A stretch of DNA of 64,000 nucleotides from the human T2T-CHM13v2.0 reference genome, Homo sapiens. Position 1 is the first letter of the stretch; each line of letters opens with the position of its first letter. The stretch is taken from assembly GCF_009914755.1 (NCBI RefSeq), contig NC_060939.1. The stretch is one strand, 5' to 3'. The notes under the pieces were generated by a model. That model saw only the letters and a program-made list of their open reading frames with translations, did not search any database and was not told the origin of the DNA. The translations under genes and the position numbers were made by a program. Positions 15,945 through 34,662 of the stretch are shown here, piece after piece.

Positions 15945-16989
15945 CAGAGCAGTATAATTGTCTTAGTGGCCAATTTTATCTCTTTTTGTCTATATCAAGT
16001 TATATCCATCTATCTATATACAAATGTTTATATTGATCACTTGTTTGACACTGAGGACAATAAAAAGGAGAGATACCAGCAAGCTGTCAGACTTCTAGTA
16101 AGATTTCTAGAACTATCTGGGACTTTGAATATAAAGTATGCAAATGCAGATTTCTTTTTAAATTCCCAATGAATCATACTAGAATGTCAATTTGTAAAAT
16201 GTACACAGCACTGGAATACAGTATACCAAGAATGAGGCCATATAAGTACACAATTGAGCCCTCTTGGGACACAGAATTACTATAATTAAAATAATCCCTG
16301 TAATTTCTCAGAATAGAGATATGCACAGAAAAATAGGCCTTTTAAAAGTGTGTCTCCTTACTTCTTAAGGTTTTTGGAGGCTTTAAACATAGTTTCTATT
16401 GTTTTATGGGGTCAGAATTGAGGCCCATTGCCATGATTTTTCTTCTGAGACTAAAGGTCATTTTATAAAAAGAGTGGACGTGTAGCTATTCAAGAAAGGG
16501 GAACACACTAAAAATCATCATACTTGGCCATTCAGATGGAGAAAGGTGAAGGTTAAGAAAAAATTTTTTGTTTCCTCCACTAATATCTCTAGGTCAACCA
16601 AAACTCTGTAACTTGTTAAGTGATCCTAGATACAACAGGAATCACCTTTCCTTATTATATTATCAAGCATAAGTTAAAATGATTTCAATACATGTTTCAT
16701 AGAGATTCTTCAACTATTTCAACATACAGCGTTTTTCTGGAGGTAATGTATCTGGGATTTTAATTAGTATACTACAAACTTCTTCTGATAATTAAAATAT
16801 CCTGTGTCCCATAGCTAACTGTAGTTTGTTTTGACTGCAAGGAAGTTTGTAACTCAACTTATAGGCCATTTCTAGCAATAGTAGAAGACCATATGGCATG
16901 CAATAAAGAACATAATCCTAGTTTTATTGATTTTCCAGTCTTTATTTATCTTTGTCCCAATCTCTTCATCTAGGTATATTCAATTTAAA

Positions 16990-17950
<961 letters not shown>

Positions 17951-18789
17951 CTATTTGTTTTTTATTTTCTTAAGTTTTGTGTTTCTGTATTGAGTCACTT
18001 CAAATTTTTCTTAGAAGGAAATGGGAGACATATAAATTTGAAATAATGACCCCAGTTAGATGTATTTACACAACCTACCAAGGAAGAGATGAATCAATTG
18101 TGATAATCAGGCAAAATGTGCTGCCTACTGTGTGCACAGGTTTCATAAGTTATTAACATCCTGGCAGGCTGGGAAAGCTAAGATGTCACTGTAACACTCA
18201 GCTGAGGCAGCTGCTCTAGTTCCTATGATAAATCAAGATAAAGGTCAATGGAGTCAGCTATCAAGGCTAATTCAAGGGGCCTCCTCTTACAGCAGCCCAC
18301 ATTTGCTGGGATTTCAAGTCTTTCAAGCTTCTAAACATCTCAAAATGGAATAGGAAAATATGTACAGTTTCAATAAACTGTGTCAGGATGATGTTAGGGA
18401 ACCCTCGTGGGATCACACTAGCTTATTCAAACCAACTGATAAATCAGGTTATTTAGACAGAAATAAGTACTCGTATTTAGCCTGCTTTGATGATCATTCT
18501 ATCGCTTTAGTTTACACCATCCCTTCTTTCACTATCCCATCAGGATCCTTTGCCTAGTTAACTCCTATTATCTTTCAGATCTCAAATTCAGTACCAGCTT
18601 CTCAGGAAAACCTACCCAGACCCCCACCCTCAAACTATAGTGTCCACTATTACACAGCCCCTTCACTCCAAATGCTTTTACCTCATAACACTAAAATTGG
18701 TAATTATAAATTATGTGGTGATTTTATTAATGTCTATTTCCTTCTCTAGACTATAAAGCTTCCTAATGGGTAATCACTTAACCTGATTA

Positions 18790-19117
<328 letters not shown>

Positions 19118-22100
19118 CACCTGATTCAATTTTTTAGAACAGTGGTTTCCAAATTTTTAAGTTTCACTATCCATAAGTAATTTTTTCTAACACACATACT
19201 CATTATATATATCTTCATTTATTTATAACATACATATGTGTGACCGCCTTAATATATTATGTATGTTATAAAATAAACATACAAAATATTTTTAAAGACC
19301 AAGATAAAATATTTTCCTCCAGGAAGCGTGGTCCTGCAGCTCCCCTTCAGTCCTTGGACTGCATAGTTAGTACAAGGCTTAAAATTTCATGTGCGTTAAG
19401 TTTTTTTAAGAAACTTTAAACCAAAAACAAAACAAAAACCACAAGTGTAATTACTGCTATGCAGCAAATGTTTTTTTTCTGTCCACCCTGAAGTTTCTTT
19501 CATGTGCTAATGGGTTTCTTTTAAAAAAAAGAAAACCCCTCTCGTTTAACTTAGATCTTTAAGGACCTCACACATCTAAAGATTCTTTACATTCACCAGA
19601 AACTTCCAGAGTGGTCTGAGGGCTGACGTGCAGTATGATTAATGGACAGTATTGATTTAATTTTCTACAAGAGTTCTTCCTTCTCTAAGGAGATGCTCTT
19701 TGCAATTCCCGTCAAGCATTTTACCATGCTTACAGACTCTTAAAAATAGGAGAATGAAAAGTTTACTGAAGCTTTTTCTTCATTTGTAAAAATACCATTT
19801 GAAAGTTTGGGCCTACCAGACAATCAACAGCCTGTCTCTACCTAGATGCATCTTCCTAAGACCAAGGAAACTTTTATTTGAGGTTTTATTAGCACATATA
19901 AAAAGGAAACAAAAAAATAAAGCAGTAAAATAAATTTAGTAGCTAAACCTCAAGATATAAATACAAAGTGCTATAAAAATATTGACTTATTTTAAAAGAG
20001 ATACATAGTAGAAAGCTATTAAGTATTAAATAGATCTGAGTATCTGAGTATCGTTATGTAATAAATTACGAAAATTTCTTCAAAGGTCTCAATTTGATGC
20101 GCCATTTGGAGCAGAGTTAAACCAATTTTTCTGGAGACAATGGGGAACTAATTTTGTTCTCATGTGTTTTTTATGTTTTAAATCTGAAGAAAAATTTAAT
20201 TTAACACATAAAGTGATAGGGGATTCCACTTTCCCCTATCTTTTGATCATGCCCATTTCTTCAAACAAAAAAAAGGTTTTGTCTTGCTTTCCCTAAAACA
20301 AACAAACAGACAAACAACTATCCAGATATTTCAAATGGGAATTTAATTTGAGGGAGCCAGCAGGAGGGGATATTCCCTGAGTACAAGAGAGACAGAGAAG
20401 GACACTATGCCCAGGGTAACCTCGACTCCAACTCTTCCAAAATCAGAGCACAAACTTAACTGACATCGGACCCCCTAAACTGGAAATGCATCCCAACTGG
20501 TATTTCACCTTATAAACTGATTAAAACAACAACAGCAGCAACACAGCCACATGAAATAATGGAACTTCCTCATATCCTGCTTATTTTCTCCATCTCCACA
20601 GGGGCCTTACTTTATTTAGGGTTCTTTTCAGTCAGGCATGTGGAGTGAGGCTCCACAAGTACTGTAAATCTTTACCCAGTGCCAAAGGTCAAAGGGTTAT
20701 CTGTGCTATGCAGTTTCAGGGTAGACAATTTTCTTTACTCTTTCTTTTCTTTTTTAAGCAGGAAGACAAAATGCATGCATATGAATCACAGCAAGCTAAT
20801 TTAGGTACTAAAAAAAGTTACTCTTCTCCACATGAACTGCTTTCTCAAGAAAACCACTAAATATCAACTTTTCAGTCATTCTACAAAGAGAAGCCAGATG
20901 CAACTGATCCCACCTCCCCACCACCATTGTCTGCTAGAAAGCTTGCCACACAGCTGCTAAAGCAGTAAAACAACTTCAGGCCTACAAAAGTGATGACCAT
21001 TTAGGCAAATGCATCAGTTTTATTCTTGGAAGAAAAAGAAATCTTGCTTAATACTTAAAAAAAAAAAAAGAGGAGTAGCTGTGTATCATTTTGTTCACAT
21101 TTTTCACCTCAATAACAAGACAGATGTTTTTCACAGAGCCCTCCATGTTTTAGAGCATTTCGAAAGGTGATAACTATTCAATGCTAAGGATATAAAGGTC
21201 CAGGAAAAAAAACTCAAAATTCTTTTCCCAATTATTTGTGTTTGAAATTTTTTGGAAAGTTGAACTTTCTTAAAGATGGTGAAAAAAATGTTTAAGAAGT
21301 ATAGGCATATATTGCTGTCTTTCTTCTTTCTCCAAAATGATTTAAGTATGAAATAAAGTGATCTATAACATCTCATAGGGTGGCATTAATACAACTCTGA
21401 TACACTGCTATACACAGCACGCAAGTAAAAGGTATTTCTTCTCTCCGGCAGCACTGTTATTTTAATATTGTTTGCAATCCTCTGAATTTAAGAGGCAGAA
21501 ATGCAAATCATGATAGTTTGTGCTACTGCATTCAACTGGGTTACAAAAAAAAAGTTTAAAAAAGGTTTTCAAATATTGAAGAAAGCAAAATATCTTCTGT
21601 AACTTGCTAGGAGGTTCCATTTGGAATGTCATCTATATTTTTCCCATAATATGGCAGCCTGATCTCCTTTGCTTCTTTCTTATTAAAAATTCCTCCATCT
21701 TTTGTGGCAAGTAAGAGAGACTGATAGATGTTTAGAATTTCACCAAACTAAGATCACATATAAATATGACCTTACCTATATTGAAAAATTTCAGTTTCTG
21801 AAAGTCTTTGAAGATTTTTTTTTAAAAGGGACTCCACTGAGAGATACATCTCAGAAAATGAGAAAGTTTGAAGTTTCACATAGTAAGAGAAATTTCAATG
21901 AGATTTGCTGGATATGCCTCTCTTTCCTAAAAGTGACCTAACTTCTTTTGTTTCACAATTATGCTGACTAGTTTCTTCTGCTGAAGTCTGATAATCTCTT
22001 TCAAAGTAGCTAAGCCAGAGAGACGCTGGTCCACAGACTTAACTTCCAACTGCACAACAATAATTCGCCATCTCAGTTCTTCTGAAATCTAAACCCATAT

Positions 22101-22269
22101 ATTAAGCTGCTATAGACATCTCCACTGGGACACCAACCTTTCCAACCCAATATGATAAAAAGTGAACTCAGTATCTCCTACTTCCCCAATCCTGGTCTTA
22201 CTTCTCAAAGCCCTACTCCAGAGTAAAAGTACCATCCCTTAGAACACTTAAGCATCATTCTAATTTCTT

Positions 22270-22480
22270 CCTCTCCTTAATCATATTTACAGATAACAGT
22301 TATCGAGCACTTACTATGTACCAACCCGCTGTCCTGTGGGTTCTACATTCAATCCTGAGCAATCTAAATGTCTAGGAGAAACTGAGGTTCATGGAGGTCA
22401 AGTGACTTTACCAATATCACAGTCTTAGCGGGCTGGAGAGCTGGGATCAAACCCTGGTCATCTGATCTCAAAACCCTCAG
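22270..22480 (-). mobile_element. MIR
   Basis: gagcacttactatgtacca...gagaaactgaggttcatggaggtcaagtgact. Confidence 0.75.
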
Positions 22481-22499
22481 TCTTCTGATTTAATTTAAA

Positions 22500-23602
<1,103 letters not shown>

Positions 23603-23741
23603 AAGATGAATAAACTTTAATATAAAAATTTATAAAACAAGATATGGTAATTAAATTGGTACAGATAACAACTTGTTTGTAAACTAAGTAGCTTTATATA
23701 GTCATACATATGTACGTAAAGTTCTAATCTAAATTTAGAAA

Positions 23742-24045
23742 TTTTTTTTTGTTTGTTTTTGAGACAGGGTCTCACAGGCCCTACTTCACCATGGCTGGAG
23801 TGCAGTGATGCAAATGGCTCGCTGCTACCTCAACCTCCTGGACTCAGCTGATTCTCCTGCCTCAACCTCCTGTGTATCTGGGATCACAGGCATGTACCAC
23901 CATGCCCAGCTAACTTTTTGATTTTTTGTAGAGATGGAGTCTCACCATCTTGCCCAGGCTGGTCTCAAACTCCTTGATTCAGGCAATTCTCCTGCCTCAG
24001 CCTCTCAAAGTGCTGGGATTATACGTGTGAGCCACTGCACCTGGC
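23742..24045 (-). mobile_element. AluJ
   Basis: Reverse diverged Alu. Confidence 0.85.
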
Positions 24046-24136
24046 AGAAATTTTGCATTTCTAACTGACATTATCTCCTAGACAATGTCTTCACGAGGAG
24101 TTAGGTGACGTATCACAGAAGTTAAAACTGCATGTT

Positions 24137-25790
<1,654 letters not shown>

Positions 25791-25909
25791 AAATCTAGTG
25801 ATCATGGTAAATTACTTGAAAAAATATTTTTAAAACATACAGACACAATTTTTAAATACAGGCTCAATTTCTAAATACATTGCTCTCCTGGGAGGATAAC
25901 AATTTTAAC

Positions 25910-26160
25910 AACAAAAACAACTAACATTTGTTGAGAACTTATAATGCAGTTTTCCCAGGCACTATGCTAACTTTTATGTGCATTATTTCATTTAATCTCC
26001 CTAACATTCTAAAATCAATACCATTATCCCTACCTAAAAGATTAGGTGAACAGCTAGGATTTCATTTGTTAATAAGTTGTGAAATTTGAAGTCAAATCCA
26101 GGCAACAGACAAGAAACTTATTTGACTGATGTTTTTCTTTTACCGTCAGTGCCATGTGGT
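25910..26160 (-). mobile_element. MIR
   Basis: ctaacatttgttgagaactta...cattatttcatttaatctcc. Confidence 0.65.
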
Positions 26161-26962
26161 TTCTATAATAGAACATTGTAAATGATGTACCATGGAATGA
26201 CTGACACCATTTAGAGTCACAAGAGGTTTCCCAGAAGTGTTGAGACTTAAAATCTGGGCAATATTTTTCCAAATGTAAAGAGGAGATATACCTCTAATTC
26301 ATCCAGAGAACACCCAAAGTATTTTACAATGGCAGGAGACCTTTCATTTACGACAAATAATTTAAGAAAAAAAAAAAACAACAGATAATGCACTGTAATT
26401 CTTATATAGCTCTTACAGTTTCATCAATCTGTAAACACTTTATTTTTCATTAGAGGTAGCTGCAAATTGGCAAATGAAAAATCTTTTCTTTTTTACTATC
26501 TTAATGTAATAGTATTTTTTTAGTAGCAGGATTTTTTTTAGAAGTAAATACTTCATTTCTTTTGAAGTATTGGTTTCTAAATTTTTCAAATATTAAGTTC
26601 TAAAATTTGAGTTGAGTATCAATCATATTTGGCATTTTAAGATACTGCAGAGAATGAAATATTCAAAAATTTCTGCTCTATTGGCAAATTAAGAAAAAAG
26701 TCTATGTTGAAGTTTCAACATATTTTGGCATAATAATATATTAAACATAACAAAAGAAAGGGTAACTTAAAAATATTTAATAGTGAAGAAAGTGAAATAC
26801 GATAGTTTTTAAATATTCTCTTTTGTTATAATTTGTACTCACACTTTCGTCAGTTAGTTTTCTAGCCCACAAGGCAAGCAGTTTCCAAAAGTATTTCTTT
26901 AAAGAAGTTTACTGAGTTCAATTAAATGAATTTATTTTGTGACTGCTGGACAGAATGAATCA

Positions 26963-27260
26963 GGCTGGGCATGGCGGCTCACACCTACCATCCTGGCACT
27001 TTGGGAGGCTGAGGCAGGTGGATGGCTTGAGTCCAGGAGTTCAAGACCAGCCTGGGCAACAGAATGAAACCCCGTCTCTACCAAAAATACCAAAAATTAG
27101 CCCGGCGTGGTGGCGCACGCCTGTGGTCCCAGCCACTCAGGACCCAGCTGAGGTAGGAGGATTGCTTGAGCCTGGGAGACAGGTTGCAGTGAGCCGAGAT
27201 GGCACCACTGCACTCCAGGCTGGGTGACAGTGAGATTACGTCTCAAATAAATAAATAAAA
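26963..27260 (+). mobile_element. AluJ
   Basis: ggaggattgcttgagcctggg. Confidence 0.88.
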
Positions 27261-28799
27261 TGCTGTATAGTTTATTATTTTAATTATTCATTTATAATTG
27301 GTGTGAAATCTCATGCTCACACTAATCATGCTTACTGTAAAATCAAATAAAATAATTAACAAGCTCAAGCTCTTTGGCAAAATAAAAGCTAAAGATGATC
27401 TAACATCAGTGTCCTAAATGTTAAACAACAGTATTACATAAAAATCTGCCCCTTTTCATCCTTTCAAATAAAGACTTAATAATTCAGAACAGTTTTTGAC
27501 AGCTTGTGAAAACAGTTCCTTTGTAATTATAAGCTAACTTCAGAATTTAAAGCCAATTTCTGAAACAAACAGATGAAAAAAGGGGAACAAATCATTTCAA
27601 TCAATTATCAGGGAACAAAAGTATGTTACTAATTTTGCTTTAGTTTATTGTGAGATGAATATAACAAGTATTTAAAAATCCTACTTACAACTGAGCTAAA
27701 CATTGAAAGTGCCTAGGGGAAAAAATCTAAGTGAAATTAATCACCACAAAGATACAAAGTCTCAAACTACCACTTAGAACAAATCACACTAATGTATTAA
27801 ATCACAAGTCTAATGCTTTTTTCCAACCCCACCACCAAAGTAAACCAGTTTTAATTAAAATCAAACTATATTTTAAAGTCATTAAAATCAAACAAGCTAA
27901 CATCAAAATATTTCCATCACTCTGCCAATATTTATACTATGAAAGACACAATAATCTTTTTAGCTACTTTAAAAAAACTGTACATCTAGGGACTGAGCTT
28001 TGAGGTTTTAGAGTAAAAAGTTCTAAAATAACTTTCATTACTAAGTATAATTAAATTTAGTTCATTAGAAATTTGTGCAGATATTGGAAAAATCGTCAAT
28101 TTAATGTCTTTTAATATTTCTTGTTTTAAGCAGAGATTACATCTGTTACACCTTTTTATGTAGTACTACATCTCAGAAAAATATTTGAAAATGCTCGTTA
28201 AATGAATTGAAATACATAAGTTCATTCGTCTTTTTCTTTCTTCCAGAAACAAAGAACTGTGTGTATTACCAAGGAGAGTATGTCCCAATAATATACTTTT
28301 TAAATTAAAAACTTAATTATCAGAAGTAAAAAAAAAAAGGTGTATAAAGGCATCAGAAAGGGGATTAGTATGAAAATGAAATTTTGAGACACTAGTTTGT
28401 TACTCAAATTGACATTGAATCAGCAAACAGAAGCATTTAAATTTTATTTCCAAGCCGACTTAGCAAATCTAGCTCCAGTTAAAGTATCTTTAATGTGCAA
28501 AAGCTCAGTGAAAGCAAGTATTCACCATGCAAGACACAGATAGGATTCCCTTAACCTACTGCCCTCCAGACACATCACTCTCTGTTAAACAGGCAGCTAC
28601 TGCCAGATGCTCTCACTAAAAATGGTCACAGATGGTCAGTTGTCCAGTTAACAGAACATACTCCCCTCCCAATATTCGAAAGTAAGAAGGAAAGGATAGC
28701 TGCTAACACTTGCCTGCTTAGTGAGTTAAACGTATTTGACTGCTACAAGTTTGGCAAGGCCCCAACACTGACCTTCTAGGAAAGTAAGACTAGACCATA

Positions 28800-28990
28800 G
28801 GGGTCTCAAGATTAAAAGGCATCTTAAAGGTGATCCAGTCAACAGCTGCACAATACTTGAATCCACACAACTGCATCTCTGCTAGTCAGTCATTCCAGCC
28901 GTGACTTGGTAGCTCCAGGGGTGCGGAACCTGCTGTCTAACAAGAAAGTCTCTACAGCTGCAAGAGGTCTCTGTTATCCTGAACTGCAAT
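28800..28990 (-). mobile_element. CR1/L3-like ancient LINE 3' fragment
   Basis: aaggcatcttaaaggtgatccagtcaac...ttccagccgtgacttggtagctccagggg resembles antisense CR1 3' end. Confidence 0.45.
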
Positions 28991-29759
28991 CAGTCCAATC
29001 ACTCAATATAATTCCACAGTCAGGAAACATGCAGCTATTTTAATAGACATAGTATATTGACAAAATAATTTTCCAGTTTATGCATTAGAAGTGATTTTAA
29101 ATGGATTTACCTCAAATAGCATACACAGTGGATTTTACAACATAAAAACAAGGGCAGGAATATATGATTTATTTTTAAAACACAGGAGAAAATAAAGGTT
29201 TATAGTTTTAAAAGTTGACTATAGTTCAGAGATGATTTAAAAAGTTCAACAAAGATCAATGGGTCTTCCTCTTTATAAATAAATAAATACATACATGCGT
29301 GTGTGTGTATATATATGTATATATGTATCTGTAGAAAATTTTGAAGAATTGCTTTTAATTGCCAAAGTTTTAATAAAATGTCTCTCTAAACTTTTCACAA
29401 CCCAAGTTTTTTTTCTAATAAATTAGTCACCTATTTAGAATAAGCTCCCTGTGATGTATAAGAGCATGCTAATAATGTATTTTTTGTATCTTCTATATAT
29501 TCATATTTTAACAGTGAGAAAATTGGAAGTAGTAAGCTTGATCTATGATTCTTCATCAACAATTGTCCCAAATCATGTTTCTTACATAATAACTAAGCAA
29601 AATTTTCTCGAATCAATAATATGCAGGGAAAGGGACAGAATACTGAGAAGCCATGACTAGGAATAAATGTTGCTGGCTTCAGTGGCAGTAGGTTGGGCTA
29701 ATGTCATCTCAGTATCAATGGCTTAAGGAAGGTGAAATATATGTAATTTCTCCTCTTCA

Positions 29760-30135
<376 letters not shown>

Positions 30136-30633
30136 GTGTGACAGAGATCAATAGTGAAACTTACTTAACTGAATGCAGATTAAATTAAAAACCAACATAA
30201 TGAGATTATAAGCAAAATACCATCTGGAAAACTGCATAGAACCACAGGATGAAGTTCTGTGTCCCTGCATCTGAAAACAGTCTCCCACCACTGCTTCTTA
30301 CTGTGCAGAGACTCAAATCTAATGCTGCTCACACAGCCTGTGCTACCGTGAGTCCAGGGAAGGACACAGAGAAGCCCATGGCTGTACAGCTGAGCCTTTT
30401 ACCTCCCCTCACCTTCACAGGGCAGTCTGTGAAAGGAAAAGCCAGAGTGCTCTGTAAAATCCTAATATGTCCAGAAGGTGTAACAATTCAGTAGGTATTT
30501 AGCAGGTTAGTCATCATAATCAAAGGGACTGCTTTGTACTTAAGGGTAAAAATCTACTTATGAGCAACAAATAGCTAAGTGTACATTTTATACCTTGATG
30601 AGTTTATGTCAGTTTATAGTTTATATCCATGTA

Positions 30634-30978
<345 letters not shown>

Positions 30979-31588
30979 TAAACATGTTTATATCATGAAA
31001 TTCCTTTCACTCTACAAAGATAGGAAGACTAGGGAATAAAACAATGTCTTTCAGAACACTGACGAACTCAAATACAAAGTTAAGTGCTTTTTCTCCAGTG
31101 TTCCTGGGTTAGAGCTACATAAATATTCACAGTTACATGGGTCATATGTAAGGGCATTATTTATACCTAATTTGTAATTATATAGCAATTATATAGTACT
31201 CTCAGGCACATTTTAAGTGAAACTTAACCACTGAGTATGATTTGGTGATATCCCTATTCTAATTGCTATTCTACATCCGCCACACACTCACAATAATTGA
31301 TCAGGACCTCAGTCTACCAGAAGTGAACGCCACAAAGAAAAGCAGATTCACAGAGCTGGACAAAGATAGAAAGATACAATGGCTGCCTGATATTTTGCCA
31401 CTGGACTCACAATGGTAAGTCAAAGACCAATCACTGACTTCAGCAGTAGCATATACACACTGACATAGTAAAATCAATTCTTTTCTTTGTACCATTAAGT
31501 AAGTTCTCCTGCTTTAGATCCAATAACTTTTTTCGCAGTTTGTCAGAGAGGAAGGAAAAAGGGAAAAATACAGTACAAACTCACTCAC

Positions 31589-31777
31589 CTAAGCCACTGA
31601 GAGTATAGAGTAGGTCCTTGGTATCCAAGAAAATGGGCCCATTCTCCTGCTGCCCTTCTTCCTTGTAGTACAGCTTGTAGCCCTGAATAGCAGCTGTGTC
31701 CTCTACATCTTGCTGCCACCTCACAGAAATGGTGGTACAGTTCAGAGGCTCCAAATGCAACTCTGGAGACTTAGGGG
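31589..31777 (-). CDS. PRTG: Protogenin exon 11 (N-part of FN3-3), 189 nt
   Basis: ATTTTGCTAG acceptor; [63 protein letters not shown]; donor TAG|GTGAGT. Confidence 0.96.
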
Positions 31778-32514
31778 CTAGCAAAATTCATCAGAAAATG
31801 TATGTATAAACAACCCAATATCCACATAAAGACACAGAATAGGGTAGTTCTCTCAGTTTTAAGCAAACAATTACCAAAAGGTTCAATCCAAAAATTATAC
31901 TATAACCTAACTTTCCAAATTTCACAATAATATTAAACTTTGAGATCAAAATTTAAAATATATAAAATACTATCTTAAAAAGACCAAGATATATAAATAG
32001 TAATATCTGGACATTTAATTTTTTTTCAAAGAGGCAATAAATACTTTCTAATTTTGGCCACACTCCTCTGTGATATAGAGAACAGGCACTATTGTCAGCC
32101 AATTAACAAGAAAACCAGTCGTGTTACATTCCACGTTAGTAAAACAGAAGGGTCTAGAATTTTGCAGTCCTATAGTCCTCCTACTGAACTAAGGATTTTA
32201 AAAATATATGGCAATAATATTAATTAGGCCTCTATGAATATCTTACTTTGGAAACTCAGTTTGATTTGGACTGATCTGTCCATGAGGCATTTGCTAAGCA
32301 AACTAACAGCACAACCAAAAAGTTTACACACAAATAAACTCTATGCAAAAGCGACTACTTAATAAAAAGTTTAATTTTTTTCAATTAAGTCCATCATCTA
32401 TGGAATATTTTTATTTGTAAAACAAAATTTAAAAATATAAACATAATTTAGAGAAGAAAAACTTGATTCAAAAGTAAAAATACTGTATTTTCTTAACAGT
32501 CTTCAGAAATTCAC

Positions 32515-32820
32515 CTTTCACGCTTGTAGCTTTGGGCGTCCTATGTGAAGTCCATACTGATGACTCTCCCAGCCCCACTCTGGTGGCAGCAGTAATCCGA
32601 ACCAGGTAGACACTGTCAGGTTTCAGGCCTTCCAAAAGGTACTCATGCGTGGTCCCCGGGAGCTCCAGAACTTGGATTGAATTCTCAGTACTTAGGCGGA
32701 AAGACAAGCGATACAGCACCACTTGGCCCCGCCGATATTTGGCTGGGATTGGCAGCCAGGAGATGAGAATATCAGTGGGACTTCGACTTGTCAAACTAAT
32801 TTCAGGAGGTCTCAGGGGAA
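32515..32820 (-). CDS. PRTG: Protogenin exon 10 (complete FN3-2), 306 nt
   Basis: TTTCTTCTATGACTAG acceptor; [24 protein letters not shown]...[41 protein letters not shown]; donor AAG|GTGAAT. Confidence 0.97.
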
Positions 32821-34662
32821 CTAGTCATAGAAGAAATCAGGTTGTTTATAAATATTTAGAATCGAATTGCCACTTAGCACACCAGTAACTGAATTCTCTT
32901 AATTAGCAACATATAATAAAGAAGAGACACTTTCAGCCCTAGCAGAGGTTTTCAGTGAAACAGAGTACAAACCAGAAAAAAGAAGAAAAAATAATGAGGG
33001 AGGGCTAAGTGTGTGGAAACAAAGAATATAAGATATTCTTCACTGTGGCTGTGATTGTTTTGTTGTTTGGAATGAATATGAGAATATTTGATATTCATAC
33101 AAAATATGAGAATACTTCTCAAACAATTCCACCAAAGTGGCTTCGAAACAAGGGAGAGTGAATTATACAAGGGTGGGGAAGCCTAGGATTCTACAGTTAT
33201 AACCAAGCAAATAATATTTTGAAGTGTAAGAGTTGCATCTTAAAAATTAATGTGAATTTTGTATTCCTAATTACAACATATGTTGTTTAATATAAAAACA
33301 GTTTTTCCTCCAAACATTTTAATAAAACTGCATTTCAGGAAAATGAGTCAAATACAGTGACAGGTGGTCTAAGAGTTCAGATGGGTTCTAGAGTTAGCTT
33401 CTCTGTGTCTGAAACCTTGTTCTACCATGTACGACTCTGTGATCTTGACCAAATTAACCTCTCTTACCTAGGTTTCTTCAGACACAAAATGAAGAAAATA
33501 ATAATAGCTCCTTTTACAGTGTTTCCCTGCTATGCTAAGACTCACTTTCTTCAAGGATATAGAGGGAGAACAGACCTCACACACACACAAAATCTATCTT
33601 TATTAGCCTGCTTTTCACCTTAGACATGCATAACAGAGGTTGTTAATAGCAACGAGGTAACTAGAGATGTCATATATACTGTAGTTCACTCTAAAGTGGA
33701 ACAGGCTCTTCAATGAAAACTAAAATTTGGAATTCATTAACCACATAAGTGAACCTTTTTTCATTTATTCTAAGTCTGATTTTATAAACACCTAAATAAG
33801 TGGCATGATAAAGATATAATAAGAGATCTGGGACTAAATGGAAAAAAAGGAGATTTGGAGATTATATAAAAACATTTTAAAAACTAAGAGCAGATCATTG
33901 CTTGAGGATAAAACATTTGCTAAGTGAGAACAGTATTGATTAAGCATGTATTAAATCATTCCCTTTCACATTGCAGGGTACTAAAAAAGGTCTTCTAGAG
34001 ACTCTGGAAAGACAGATCCCTTCTTTTACAATATGGTATGAAGACTCAGAGGAGGATAATCAGTTCTCTCGGGCTATCTTAATATGGATGAAATTTCCCA
34101 CCATTATAAGAATAATATGAATATCTGGCCTTCCCTAAAAGAATCACAACTCAATTTTCAACCCATGGTTAGGAAACAAACTGAACAAGTAATATTTTCC
34201 CCCTTAAGTAGTATAAGCATATTGTAGTTAATCAACAGGTACTAAGTGCTAAGAATTTTTTGACAGGTGATAAATCGTATAAAGTCCAAGTTTCAGAAGT
34301 CCAGTACCTCTGGCCCTGGTCACTACATACACTCAATATGTAACAGTCATTACAGTTATTCATGCCTAGAAAATGTTCTATTCAGTACAAAAAAGTTTGC
34401 AACATATTTACAATTTAAACTAGTAACCTTTGAAGAAATACAATGGGAATATAAGAATTTTATTATTAAATTTTATATTCTGAAAGTGCTCTTTATCCTT
34501 ATGTTACTGGCAAAAAGCAAGAGTGAGATTTTGAACGGCAAATTTAACATACCTGTTTTTTAACCAAAAAGAGGATATTTTCTTTAAAACACATTTATTC
34601 ATTGAAATTGACAAAACATACGAATGTTCATACTGAAATGATCTAGAATCATGTTTTCTTAC

